Shown: piece after piece, positions 28,670 through 38,497 of the stretch
Position numbering within the stretch: position 1 is the stretch's first letter
Layout of the letters: the number at the start of each line of letters is the position of its first letter
Assembly: GCA_015063855.1 (NCBI GenBank)
Contig: SVTI01000003.1
Coordinates: 1 to 50,793, forward strand
Origin: Oscillospiraceae bacterium
GTDB taxonomy: Bacteria; Bacillota; Clostridia; Oscillospirales; CAG-272
Reading direction: 5' to 3'
DNA: 50,793 nt
Translations under genes and position numbers: made by a program
The notes under the pieces: generated by a model
Told to the model about the DNA's origin: nothing
What the model saw: only the letters and a program-made list of their open reading frames with translations
Database searches by the model: none

Positions 28670-28697
28670 TTATTTTGTATCTCGTTGTATTGTTTTC

Positions 28698-28857
28698 GGC
28701 AGCTTTAAAAAACGTACTCGAAGGCTGACAGCAGCTATTTTTGCGCCATACTTCACATCGAAAACTTGAAATAGCTCCACTATTCCTGCGTTTTCTCCGT
28801 TCGTCTGACACAAAACTTATCAAGCCGTCATATCTCCGATTAGTTTTTTGAGATGCC
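28698..28857. mobile_element. MITE-like palindromic non-coding element (~160 bp)
   Basis: Imperfect terminal inverted repeats GGCAGCTTTAAAAAAC / GTTTTTTGAGATGCC. Nested internal dyads TTTTGCGCCATAC..GTCTGACACAAAA, GAAAAC..GTTTTC and AATAG..CTATT. Confidence 0.55.
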
Positions 28858-28886
28858 TTTTAATTAATTTAGTTTGGGAGGATCGT

Positions 28887-30440
28887 ATGCATCAGGCATT
28901 ATACCGTAAATACAGACCTATAACATTTGATGATGTTTACGGTCAGGATCATATAACCTCGGTGCTTAAATACGAGGTTGCTAATAATAAGGTTTCTCAC
29001 GCATATCTTTTCTGCGGAAGCAGAGGTACCGGTAAGACTACCTGTGCGAAGATATTGGCTAAAGCGGCAAACTGTCTCTCTCCCATAAACGGTGATCCCT
29101 GCGGTGAATGCGAGGCATGCCGTGCTATTGCAGATGAATCCACCGTTGATATATACGAAATGGATGCTGCAAGTAACACGGGCGTAAACTATATCCGTGA
29201 TATCAAGGACGCCGTTGTTTATTCCCCTGCCATGCTTAAAACAAGGGTATATATTATCGACGAGGTACATATGCTTTCAACCTCGGCATTCAATGCGCTC
29301 TTAAAGACGCTTGAGGAACCGCCGGAAAGAGTAATCTTCATACTCGCAACAACTGAAGTGCATAAGATACCTATAACGGTTCTTTCACGCTGTCAACGCT
29401 TTGACTTTAAAAGGATCAAGAGCGAAATTATCGCAGACAGACTCAACTACATTGCACAGAAGGAAAATATTGAGCTTGACAGATCGGCCGCTATGCTTAT
29501 AGCAAGACTATCTAACGGCGGTATGCGTGATGCGATCAGTCTTCTTGAGGTATGTGCCGGACAGAATCATACAGTTAACATAGAAAGAGTAAGGGAATGC
29601 GGCGGTATTTCCGGTAAGGAAAATCTCATTAAAACCGTTGATGCTATCGCCAAAAGAGATATCGAGACATTGTTTGAGATCATTGCCGGATTGTGCAGCT
29701 CTTCTATGGATATCTCCGTATTCTGGCAGGAGCTTATAGCCTTCTATAGAGATATGATGCTCGCAAAAACAACTAAGAAAGCATTATATCACTACGAATT
29801 ATCCGAGGATGAGATAGAACAGGCAAAGCAAAGCGCTTCCCTTTTCACACTTGAACAGATCATGTATCATTCAAGACTTCTTGACAAGGCTCTCGGTGAG
29901 ATGCAGCAGAAAACGTGTGATAAGAGGATATGTGCTGAGCTCACTCTTGTAAGAATGAGTGAATCCTCTCTTCAAACCGATACCGAAGCACTTCTTGCAA
30001 GAATATCTGAGCTTGAGGATAAAATTAATGTGTTGTCAAGCGGTATACTGCCTGTGTCAAATGTTCAGGTAAGCGAAACAGTAAAAAAGGACTCGCCGGA
30101 ATTACCGCAAGTTAAAAACGAAGCTATTAAAACTCATATTGAATCAAAATTTAAATCTATAAACGATTGGATGGAGATCGTAAAACGATTTGAAAAGGTT
30201 AACCCGATGGATTCTGCATATCTTAATAAGGCAGATGCATCAGCGGGTAACGGTGAATTTATCGTAAGATTCCCCGATAACTTCTCAAAAATGATGATAG
30301 AAACCGAAGCAAACTACAAGCTTCTCTGTGATACTATAATTAAAACAAACCCCAATTATGCAACGCTCAGAGTATTACTGCAGGTAGATCCCTCGGTTGT
30401 GCAGAATCAGGCAACGCCATTTGATGATATTAATTTTTAA
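28887..30440 (+). CDS. dnaX: DNA polymerase III subunit gamma/tau
   Basis: ALYRKYRP..F.DV.GQ, GSRGTGKT, IIDEVHMLS and SRCQRFDF motifs. Start moved to ATG 28887 behind GGGAGG. Confidence 0.97.
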   Translation: MHQALYRKYRPITFDDVYGQDHITSVLKYEVANNKVSHAYLFCGSRGTGKTTCAKILAKAANCLSPINGDPCGECEACRAIADESTVDIYEMDAASNTGVNYIRDIKDAVVYSPAMLKTRVYIIDEVHMLSTSAFNALLKTLEEPPERVIFILATTEVHKIPITVLSRCQRFDFKRIKSEIIADRLNYIAQKENIELDRSAAMLIARLSNGGMRDAISLLEVCAGQNHTVNIERVRECGGISGKENLIKTVDAIAKRDIETLFEIIAGLCSSSMDISVFWQELIAFYRDMMLAKTTKKALYHYELSEDEIEQAKQSASLFTLEQIMYHSRLLDKALGEMQQKTCDKRICAELTLVRMSESSLQTDTEALLARISELEDKINVLSSGILPVSNVQVSETVKKDSPELPQVKNEAIKTHIESKFKSINDWMEIVKRFEKVNPMDSAYLNKADASAGNGEFIVRFPDNFSKMMIETEANYKLLCDTIIKTNPNYATLRVLLQVDPSVVQNQATPFDDINF

Positions 30441-30492
30441 TTTGATACAAAATTACAGAAAGGACAGAGTTTATCTCTAAAGGTAAAACAAA

Positions 30493-30840
30493 ATGAAAGC
30501 AAGACTTCCCAAGGGAATGGGCGGCGGTCCCTCCAATATGCAGCACTTAATGAAGCAGGCTCAGAAGATGCAGGACGATATGGAGGCTAAAAAGGAAGAA
30601 TTAGCCGCTAAGGAATATGAGGTTAAAGCAGGCGGCGGTGCCGTTACCCTTGTAATTACCGGTGAAAAGGTTGTAAAGACACTTGACATCGACCCCGAAA
30701 TAGTAGATCCCGATGATATTGAAACAATGTCCGATATCCTTATCGCGGCTTTCAATGAGGCTATCAAGCGTGTCGAGGCTGACGCTGAGGAAGAAATGGG
30801 CAAGATCACCGGTAATCTCAGTATGCCCGGCTTATTCTAA
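30493..30840 (+). CDS. ybaB: YbaB/EbfC nucleoid-associated protein
   Basis: MKQAQKMQ, GGGAV and IDPEIVDPDDIETMSD motifs; dnaX-ybaB-recR synteny. Confidence 0.93.
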   Translation: MKARLPKGMGGGPSNMQHLMKQAQKMQDDMEAKKEELAAKEYEVKAGGGAVTLVITGEKVVKTLDIDPEIVDPDDIETMSDILIAAFNEAIKRVEADAEEEMGKITGNLSMPGLF

Positions 30841-30843
30841 GAA

Positions 30844-31440
30844 ATGTCTACACTTCCCTCCCTCGAGATACTTATTGAGCAATTCAGACGACTTCCCTCT
30901 GTAGGCAGACGTTCGGCAGAACGTATGGCTTATGCCATCCTCGATTATTCTAAGGAAGAAGCGAACTTCTTTGCTAATGCCATAATCGAGGCTAAGGAGA
31001 ATATTAAGCGTTGTAAGGTGTGTCATAATTTCAGCGAGGATGAAATATGTCCTGTATGCTCAGATGAAAGCAGAGATCATAGTGTTATCTGTGTTGTAGA
31101 GGATGCCCGTGACATTATCTCTCTCGAGAAGGTTAAAGATTACCTTGGTGTATATCATGTTATAGGCGGAACTATATCTCCAATGAAAGGTGTTTCTCCC
31201 GAGGATCTTAATATTAAGAGTCTTATGTACAGATTATCAAACGATGACATATCTGAGATAATTATTGCTACAAATCCTACCGTTGAGGGTGAAACAACAG
31301 CTCTGTATATTTCGCGTTTGGTTAAGCCATTAGGAATAAAAGTGACTCGCCTTGCCTATGGTATGCCTGTCGGAGGTGAGCTTGATCACGCCGACGAGGT
31401 AACGATCGGACGAGCTATTGAAGGCAGAAAAGAATTATAA
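30844..31440 (+). CDS. recR: Recombination mediator RecR
   Basis: HhH LPSVGRRSAER, C4 Zn finger, Toprim ATNPTVEGETTA and TRLAYG.PVGG motifs. Confidence 0.97.
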   Translation: MSTLPSLEILIEQFRRLPSVGRRSAERMAYAILDYSKEEANFFANAIIEAKENIKRCKVCHNFSEDEICPVCSDESRDHSVICVVEDARDIISLEKVKDYLGVYHVIGGTISPMKGVSPEDLNIKSLMYRLSNDDISEIIIATNPTVEGETTALYISRLVKPLGIKVTRLAYGMPVGGELDHADEVTIGRAIEGRKEL

Positions 31441-31445
31441 ACTAC

Positions 31446-31473
31446 AAAAGAGCAGATTAACGTCTGCTCTTTT
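31446..31473. terminator. Bidirectional terminator
   Basis: AAAAGAGCAGA-TTAACG-TCTGCTCTTTT stem-loop. Confidence 0.8.
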
Positions 31474-31501
31474 ATTAATTAAATAATGATGTATTTTAGA
31501 A

Positions 31502-33088
31502 TTAAGAGTAAAGCTCGAATCCAAAGGCGTGAAGGCCGCTGGAATGGAAGTTGTTAAGCATCTCTTCCGCGGTAAATACAGTATTTGAAACAAGCGTAAA
31601 GATTGTATCCTTAACAAAAGCATCACTTGATGATGAATAATTATAGAAATCAAGATCGTAAACAGTTGTTACGGGATTAATAGTACCGCTTGCAGGAACA
31701 ACATTCTTACCTGAAAGATAAATATCAACGGTCATATTGTATAAATTCGCTTTTTTGGGAATATCAATGGTTACGTAGCTTTCCTGAGTTCCCTTTTTGA
31801 TATAATATTTAATTGTAAATGCAGTCTTGTTAATATCATAGAGTATCTTTGTTTCACCGTATGAACCGTCACTAAGAGTTTCAGTGGACTTGAGATAATA
31901 AATACCGTTACCTGACTTTAAGCCTTCTGTGTAAAAATAATAGCAAAGTCTGCTGTATTCCGATCCGAAAATCTCTGAATTACAACGTGTACATATTCCG
32001 TAATTAGTTGTGTGTCCCAAAGCGGGTGCAGCCTGGTATCCGCAACGCTTACACTTTTTAGCTGATGTGCAGGTATGAGCGGTGTAATCATGACCGAGAG
32101 CATTCTGCTTTATGTCACCGCATCTTGAACACTTAGCGGGCGCTGTGCAGGTAGCGACGGAATAATTGTGTCCGGGGGCTTCCTTTCTTATATCGCCGCA
32201 TATGGTACATTTTTCCGCTTGAGTACAGCTTCCCTTAGTATAATTATGAAGTCCCTTATCGGCTGCAACGTATTCGCCGCATACCGTACAGGTATCACCG
32301 TTTACACAGGAGAGAGAATTACACTTGTGACCGAGAGGAAGTGTAAATTTGATGCCACAGCTTCTGCACCAATCGCCTTTAACGCAGGAGGGCTCTGTAC
32401 GGGTTCTGTGCACACACCAGGAATTGAGATAATCGACCATAAATACGTTGATCATCTTAGCAATCTGTGCCCTTGTCATTATTGTCTTAGGTGAAAATAC
32501 AAGCTTGTTTGTGCTTGTGCTTCCCATAATACCCGAATCGATAATATATTTAACACCGTCGAGTGCCCAATTTGATACCTTGTTAAGATCTGTGTAAGAA
32601 GATGCTGTATTGGTAAGTGCAGGCTGCTTTTCGGATTCTTTAAGCACTCTTGTAAACATTACTGCCGCTTCTTCACGGGTCATAGATTTATTGGGCGAGA
32701 AATTACCGTTACCGGTACCGTTTGCATATCCTGCATTGAATGCCCACATAACACTGGGAGTATACCATGAGCCGGCAGGACAATCGTTAAATACAGTGTT
32801 GTTATAGGATGAAAGGTCAGCCTTCATTACACGGGCAAGCATTACTACAAAGGTAGCACGTGTAAGGTTGGCATTGGGGGCAAAGGTATAAGTATTTCCC
32901 TGTCCGTTTATAACTTCATTTGCATAACAAAATTCAGCATGGGGTGCAAACCACTGACCGGCAGGAACATCTTCAAAGGGTAATAAAGCATTACTTGAGG
33001 TTACGGCCGCATTTACGGGAGTAGCCATTGCACCAATACATGGGATAAGTGTTGCTATGACTAACATTAGCGATAATAATTTTTTCAT
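31502..33088 (-). CDS. S-layer homology (3x SLH) surface protein with Cys/His-rich repeats
   Basis: Signal peptide; FEDVPAGQWF, FAPNANLTRA, FSPNKSMTRE and FSPKTIMTRA motifs; several H.Y...(S/T)C....C..CG repeats. Confidence 0.88.
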   Translation of the reverse strand: MKKLLSLMLVIATLIPCIGAMATPVNAAVTSSNALLPFEDVPAGQWFAPHAEFCYANEVINGQGNTYTFAPNANLTRATFVVMLARVMKADLSSYNNTVFNDCPAGSWYTPSVMWAFNAGYANGTGNGNFSPNKSMTREEAAVMFTRVLKESEKQPALTNTASSYTDLNKVSNWALDGVKYIIDSGIMGSTSTNKLVFSPKTIMTRAQIAKMINVFMVDYLNSWCVHRTRTEPSCVKGDWCRSCGIKFTLPLGHKCNSLSCVNGDTCTVCGEYVAADKGLHNYTKGSCTQAEKCTICGDIRKEAPGHNYSVATCTAPAKCSRCGDIKQNALGHDYTAHTCTSAKKCKRCGYQAAPALGHTTNYGICTRCNSEIFGSEYSRLCYYFYTEGLKSGNGIYYLKSTETLSDGSYGETKILYDINKTAFTIKYYIKKGTQESYVTIDIPKKANLYNMTVDIYLSGKNVVPASGTINPVTTVYDLDFYNYSSSSDAFVKDTIFTLVSNTVFTAEEMLNNFHSSGLHAFGFELYS

Positions 33089-33155
33089 GTCATTTCTCCT
33101 AAATATTGAATTATTATTATTTTAAATTAATACATGATAATTGTCAATATCAAAT

Positions 33156-33186
33156 AAAAAAATCGTCCCTTAAAAGAGACGATTTT
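33156..33186 (-). terminator. Terminator after pepD
   Basis: AAAATCGTCCCTT..AAGAGACGATTTT stem with a T run on the minus strand. Confidence 0.65.
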
Positions 33187-33190
33187 AATG

Positions 33191-34624
33191 TTACAGTGAT
33201 TTGATTATTGAGCAAATAAGCTTAAAGGTCCTCTCGACAGAAGCGATCTCCATTCTTTCATCGGGTGAATGAATGTCAAGGATGTTCGGACCGATGGAAA
33301 TTATATCGATTCCCGGTATACGTGCGGAGATAAGTCCGCATTCAAGTCCGGCATGAAGCGCTTCCACCTTAGGCTCATAACCGTACTGATCCTTGAATCT
33401 TTCGATATAAAGCTCACGCAACTTGGAATCGGATTTATAATCCCAGCCGGGATATCTGTCACATGTGATATAGCTTCCGCCTAAAAGCTTGGCGATACGC
33501 GAGAATAAAAGAATGGTATTATCAATCTCATATTCATTATTGGAGCGAACGAGGTGAACGCCGTGATATGTTCCCTTTTCAGCTTTAACGATACCGAGAT
33601 TGGAAGATGTTTGCACCAATCCTTTGATATGAGCTGACATACGGAGAACCCCATTGGGAGAAAGCGTTAATGCATTGATTATACGGCTCGTATCTGCAAA
33701 GGTAAACATTTCACCCATATGCTTATTTTTTGATGTATGAAGCTTAAACATCTTTTCCTCGTTGGATACGATCTTTTTCTTTTCGCTTATAAAATCGGAT
33801 ATAATATTCTTGTATAGATCAGGATCAGGTGAAGCAATAACAGCTGAAGCCTCTCTTGGAATGGCATTATCCTTTGTTCCGCCCTCTAACAATACAAGGT
33901 TAAAGGGTTCAAGATCGTACATGCGCGAAAGAAGCTCGCCTAAAATTCGTATAGCGTTCTCCTTATCAGCGTTGATCTCAACACCCGAGTGACCGCCTGA
34001 AAAGCCTTTAATATCTATGCGAAGAAGTTTGTTTCTTTCTTCTATCATGTCACAATCGATATTAAGCTCAACTCTGACTCCTCCGGCACAGGATACAAAG
34101 GACACCCCTTCCTCCTCGGAATCGATATTTATCATCATTCTTGACTTAATATCAGAGTAATCAAAGTTGATCGCACCGATCATACCAACCTCTTCGCTTG
34201 AAGTAAACAAGCACTCAATATTGGGAAGCTCTTCGTCTTCTGAGGTAAGTAAAGCCAGCATGTACGCTACAGCTACACCGTCATCACCGCCGAGTGTGGT
34301 TCCCTTTGCTTTGATATAACCGTCCTCGGTATATAATTTAAGTCCATCATTCTCGAAATCGTGTTCAGTTCCCGCATTAGCTTGACATACCATATCGGTA
34401 TGTCCCTGAAGAAGAACAGTAGGTGCATCCGCTCTGTGTGATTTCTTCCAAATGATAATATTATTATGATCATCTCTACGGTATCTGAGGCTATAATAAT
34501 CAGCAACAGCGGCAATATAATCTACTACCGCTGTTTCATTGCCCGACCCACGAGGGATCGCTGATATTTCCTCAAAAAACTTAAATACCGTCTTGGGCTC
34601 TAAATCCTTGAGTATGTATTCCAT
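33191..34624 (-). CDS. pepD: Aminoacyl-histidine dipeptidase (M20)
   Basis: IPRGSGNE, LQGHTDMV, GTTLGGDDG, EEVG, GGHSG and HAGLECG motifs. Confidence 0.93.
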   Translation of the reverse strand: MEYILKDLEPKTVFKFFEEISAIPRGSGNETAVVDYIAAVADYYSLRYRRDDHNNIIIWKKSHRADAPTVLLQGHTDMVCQANAGTEHDFENDGLKLYTEDGYIKAKGTTLGGDDGVAVAYMLALLTSEDEELPNIECLFTSSEEVGMIGAINFDYSDIKSRMMINIDSEEEGVSFVSCAGGVRVELNIDCDMIEERNKLLRIDIKGFSGGHSGVEINADKENAIRILGELLSRMYDLEPFNLVLLEGGTKDNAIPREASAVIASPDPDLYKNIISDFISEKKKIVSNEEKMFKLHTSKNKHMGEMFTFADTSRIINALTLSPNGVLRMSAHIKGLVQTSSNLGIVKAEKGTYHGVHLVRSNNEYEIDNTILLFSRIAKLLGGSYITCDRYPGWDYKSDSKLRELYIERFKDQYGYEPKVEALHAGLECGLISARIPGIDIISIGPNILDIHSPDERMEIASVERTFKLICSIIKSL

Positions 34625-34627
34625 ATT

Positions 34628-35263
34628 TTATTCCTGACAAAAAGCTAACGCAGCCTCAGCAGCAGTTGCCGCATCGGGAGTAAAGCAGTCTGCGCCGATC
34701 TCATCGCAGAAAGCCTGAGTTACAGGAGCACCGCCGATCATAATCTTAACCTTATCGCGGATACCTGCTTCTTCGCAAGCGGTAACAACGTCCTTCATTA
34801 CACCCATAGTTGTGGTGAGAAGAGCGGAAAGACAGATAACCTTACAATCCTCTTCGACAGCTGTTTTGATAAAGTCCTCAACAGCAACGTCAACACCGAG
34901 GTCTATAACCTCAAGACCCTTACCCTCAAGCATCATTGCAACGAGATTCTTACCGATATCGTGCATATCGCCTGCTACAGTACCGATTACAACCTTACCG
35001 GAAGGCTGAACTTCATCAGAAACAAGGAGAGACTTAATAACCTCAACACCCTTTTTCATAGCTCTTGCAGCAACAAGAACCTCGGGCACGTAAACTTCGT
35101 TATTCTTAAACTTTACACCTACTACATTCATGCCTGCAAGAAGAGCATCTTCAAGGATTTCCTTGGCACTATGTCCTTCTTCGAGAGCCTGAGCAACAAG
35201 AACCTTAACGTCCTTAGCCTTACCTGCCTGCATCTTTTCGGAAATTTCATTAATTATAGACAT
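34628..35263 (-). CDS. Corrinoid (cobalamin-binding) methyltransferase protein, MtbC/MtaC-like
   Basis: GDMHDIGKNLV B12 motif, DLGVDV, SALLTTTM and GGAPV. Start moved to ATG 35263 behind GGAGG. Confidence 0.92.
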   Translation of the reverse strand: MSIINEISEKMQAGKAKDVKVLVAQALEEGHSAKEILEDALLAGMNVVGVKFKNNEVYVPEVLVAARAMKKGVEVIKSLLVSDEVQPSGKVVIGTVAGDMHDIGKNLVAMMLEGKGLEVIDLGVDVAVEDFIKTAVEEDCKVICLSALLTTTMGVMKDVVTACEEAGIRDKVKIMIGGAPVTQAFCDEIGADCFTPDAATAAEAALAFCQE

Positions 35264-35460
35264 CAAACTGACCTCCGTTTTCATATATATGAAAATTATA
35301 TCATATCCATTTATAAAATACACCTTATATTTTGTAAATTTTTATCATTTAATTTCAATTATTATTTCACTAAATGGGCTTAATTCCTATACATTAATGA
35401 TAACTAAAATGAAAAAATAATTATATACCGTACTTACGGTAAATTTAAAAGAAGCGGAGC

Positions 35461-36561
35461 GTGAAACAATGTATGCTTGAAAGAAAAAACACATTCTTTA
35501 ATAAAGCAATTTGCTTTATCTGTATTATATTTACCCTCTCATTTGCTTCAAATGCATCGGTTGGTAACTGTGAAGATACCATATCCATGATTAAAAACTA
35601 TGAATGCCGTTATTCTGTCGAATGTACAACTGCCGGCGGGAATAAAAAGCTTATTGCAGGTGGAATGCCATTTGGGATCAAGCTCTTCTGTGACGGAGTA
35701 CTGATTTCGGGTGTATCAGAGGTTGACGGTATAGATGGTAACACAAATCCGGGTATGAAAGCAGGTCTTAAAGCGGGTGATATAATTAAAAAAATCAACG
35801 GTAAAGATATATTCGGGATATCGAACGTTCTTGAAAGTGCCTATAATAGTGAGGGCAAGACAGTCAGATTTACAGTTATGCGAGGAAACAAGCTCTTTGA
35901 AACAGATATTACACCTATAAAATCAAAGAGCAATGACAATTACAGTTACGGTCTTTGGGTAAAAGACGGAACTTCCGGAATTGGAACAATAACATATATC
36001 GATCCGCAGAGTCTTGAGTTCGGAGGCCTTGGACACGGTGTATGTGATTCCTCTTCAGGTAAGGTTTTGCCAATGAATAACGGAAAAGTAAATGATGTTA
36101 AGATCAGCGACGTCGAAAAAAGCAAAAAAGGTGATCCGGGAGAATTACACGGCTTTTTATCGGGAAATGATATTGGTGTTATAATATCCAATACGGAATT
36201 CGGTGTGTTCGGGGTTTATAACGATATAGATATCTCATCCTGCAAAGCGTATACTGTGGGCAACAAGGATGAATTAAAGGAAGGGCCTGCAACTATATTA
36301 TGCACACTTTCCGAAAACAATATTTGTGAATATGAAATAAAGATAGAAAAGATAAATAATAATAACGAAAAAACGAAAAACTTTATAGTTAAAGTCACAG
36401 ATAAGGAGTTACTTTCGGAAACCGGCGGGATAGTTCAGGGTATGTCAGGTTCACCTATAATTCAAAACGGAAGGTTGGTCGGAGCAGTCACGCATGTACT
36501 TGTAGATGATCCGACACGAGGTTACGGAATTTATATTGAAAATATGCTTAATGCTTCATAG
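35461..36561 (+). CDS. spoIVB: SpoIVB peptidase (S55, PDZ domain)
   Basis: GG.PFGIKL, PDZ AGLKAGDII, GIGTITY, GGLGHG and TGGIVQGMSGSPIIQNGRLVGAVTHV motifs. Confidence 0.95.
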   Translation: MKQCMLERKNTFFNKAICFICIIFTLSFASNASVGNCEDTISMIKNYECRYSVECTTAGGNKKLIAGGMPFGIKLFCDGVLISGVSEVDGIDGNTNPGMKAGLKAGDIIKKINGKDIFGISNVLESAYNSEGKTVRFTVMRGNKLFETDITPIKSKSNDNYSYGLWVKDGTSGIGTITYIDPQSLEFGGLGHGVCDSSSGKVLPMNNGKVNDVKISDVEKSKKGDPGELHGFLSGNDIGVIISNTEFGVFGVYNDIDISSCKAYTVGNKDELKEGPATILCTLSENNICEYEIKIEKINNNNEKTKNFIVKVTDKELLSETGGIVQGMSGSPIIQNGRLVGAVTHVLVDDPTRGYGIYIENMLNAS

Positions 36562-36564
36562 ATA

Positions 36565-36592
36565 AAAGAGCAGTTCGTTTGAACTGCTCTTT
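36565..36592 (+). terminator. Terminator after spoIVB
   Basis: AAAGAGCAGTTC-GTTT-GAACTGCTCTTT stem-loop. Confidence 0.8.
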
Positions 36593-36646
36593 AAACTTAA
36601 TGAACATAAAAATATTAATAAATATTACAAAAATTTCGTATGTTTA

Positions 36647-36675
36647 TTGACAAATTATTAAAAGTGATGTAAAAT
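36647..36675 (+). promoter_or_regulatory. sigmaA promoter of paaK
   Basis: TTGACA-17-TAAAAT. Confidence 0.7.
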
Positions 36676-36694
36676 AAAGTATCTTTTTATAGGA

Positions 36695-38011
36695 GTGATA
36701 CAAATGACAAAATTCTTTCAGCCCGAGATCGAAACAGCTTCCCGCGAAGAGATCCGAGCTATTCAGAACGAAAAATTAGTAAAACAAGTAAAGCACGTTT
36801 ATGAAAATGTGAAATACTACCGCGATCTCATGGACGAAAAAGGTGTCACACCTGATGATATAAAGTCAGTTGACGATATTTATAAGCTTCCCTTTCTTAC
36901 CAAGGCTGATCTTCGCGAGGCATATCCTTACGGACTTCTTGGTACAGACCTCAAAAATTGTGTACGTATTCATGCTACCAGCGGCACTACAGGCAAAAGA
37001 GTCGTTGCCTTCTATACTCAGAACGACATTGAGCTTTGGGATGATTGCTGCGCGCGTGCTATCATCGCAGCCGGAGGATCAAGCGAAGATATCTGTCAGG
37101 TAGCATACGGTTACGGTCTTTTCACAGGTGGTATGGGTCTCCACGGAGGTTCTCAGAAGGTTGGTTGTCTTACACTTCCTATGTCCTCGGGTAACACCGA
37201 GAGACAGATCGAGTTTATGCAGGATCTTCATTCAACCATTATCTGCTGTACTCCCTCTTATGCGGCTTACATAGGTGAGACCTTAAAGGAAATGGGTCTC
37301 ACACCCGATGATATCGACCTTAAGGCAGGTATATTCGGTGCTGAGCCATGGACTGAGGAAATGAGACGCGATATCGAGAAGTCTCTTGGCATCAAGGCTT
37401 ATGATATCTACGGTCTTACCGAATCCACAGGCCCCGGTGTTGCCTTTGAGTGCGAAGCGCAGACAGGTATGCATATCAACGAAGACCACTTTTATGCCGA
37501 AATAATAGATCCCGAGACAGGAGAGGTGCTTCCCGAGGGTTCAAAAGGTGAATTGGTATTCACCAATCTTGATAAAGAGGGCTTCCCTCTTCTCCGTTAC
37601 AGAACCCGAGATATTTGTGTTCTTTCTACCGAAAAATGCTCCTGCGGCAGAACCTTGATCAAGATGGCAAAGCCTATGGGACGAAGCGATGATATGCTTA
37701 TCATCCGCGGAGTAAACGTCTTCCCGTCACAGATCGAGACCGTTCTTATCAAGGAAGGTTATTCGCCCAATTATCTTATCGAAGTTGACAGAATTAAGAA
37801 CAACGATACACTTGATGTATACGTTGAGCTTTCTCCCGAACAGTTCTCCGATACGGTAAAGGATATCAGTAAAAATGAAAAATCACTTGCCGATGCTATC
37901 ATTCAGATGGTTGGCATCAAGCCCAAGGTTCATCTCGTTGCTCCCAAGACCATCAAGCGCAGCGAGGGTAAAGCTGTTCGTGTTATTGATAAGAGAAAGC
38001 TTCACGATTAA
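36695..38011 (+). CDS. paaK: Phenylacetate--CoA ligase
   Basis: RIHATSGTTGK, YGYGLFTGG.G.H, DIYGLTE, RYRTRD and GRSDDMLIIRGVNVFPSQIE motifs. Confidence 0.93.
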   Translation: MIQMTKFFQPEIETASREEIRAIQNEKLVKQVKHVYENVKYYRDLMDEKGVTPDDIKSVDDIYKLPFLTKADLREAYPYGLLGTDLKNCVRIHATSGTTGKRVVAFYTQNDIELWDDCCARAIIAAGGSSEDICQVAYGYGLFTGGMGLHGGSQKVGCLTLPMSSGNTERQIEFMQDLHSTIICCTPSYAAYIGETLKEMGLTPDDIDLKAGIFGAEPWTEEMRRDIEKSLGIKAYDIYGLTESTGPGVAFECEAQTGMHINEDHFYAEIIDPETGEVLPEGSKGELVFTNLDKEGFPLLRYRTRDICVLSTEKCSCGRTLIKMAKPMGRSDDMLIIRGVNVFPSQIETVLIKEGYSPNYLIEVDRIKNNDTLDVYVELSPEQFSDTVKDISKNEKSLADAIIQMVGIKPKVHLVAPKTIKRSEGKAVRVIDKRKLHD

Positions 38012-38026
38012 TAAAGGAGAATTAAT

Positions 38027-38449
38027 ATGAGTGTTAAACAGATATCTGTGTTTATAGAAAACAAAACAGGAAAATTAGCTGAAGCAACAAGATTTATTGC
38101 CGACCATAACATTAATCTTCGCGCTCTGTCTATTGCGGATACACAGGATTTCGGTATCCTTCGTATCATTTGTGACGATCCTCATGCTGCAAATAAAGCA
38201 CTACAGGATGGTGGATATATAACTACTACTACTGAAGTTCTGGCCGCCGCAATATCCGATAAGCCCGGTGCACTTGCAACAATTCTTGAGGTGCTGTCGG
38301 ATGCCAAAGTTGTTGTAGAGTATACCTATGCATTTCTTTCATCAAAATCTGATGCTTATATGATATTCCGTGTTGATGATAATGCGATAGCTGCAGCAGC
38401 GCTTGCCGGTGCGGGTATTAAGACTGCAAATCAGGAAGATTTATTCTAA
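38027..38449 (+). CDS. ACT-domain protein (PaaK-associated)
   Basis: KQISVFIENKTGKLA, INLRALSIADTQDFGILR, DKPGALA and EYTYAF motifs. Confidence 0.9.
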   Translation: MSVKQISVFIENKTGKLAEATRFIADHNINLRALSIADTQDFGILRIICDDPHAANKALQDGGYITTTTEVLAAAISDKPGALATILEVLSDAKVVVEYTYAFLSSKSDAYMIFRVDDNAIAAAALAGAGIKTANQEDLF

Positions 38450-38497
38450 TATTAACTTAGGGGATTATCTGTAATGTTAGTCCCCTTATCATTTCTT

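Noticed and set aside
28319-28823. Minus-strand ORFs of 71 and 62 aa
   Set aside because: They overlap the SRP RNA gene and the palindromic element.
36572-36586. GTTC/GAAC dyad as an SOS box
   Set aside because: The half-sites are in the wrong order, and the dyad is the stem of the spoIVB terminator.
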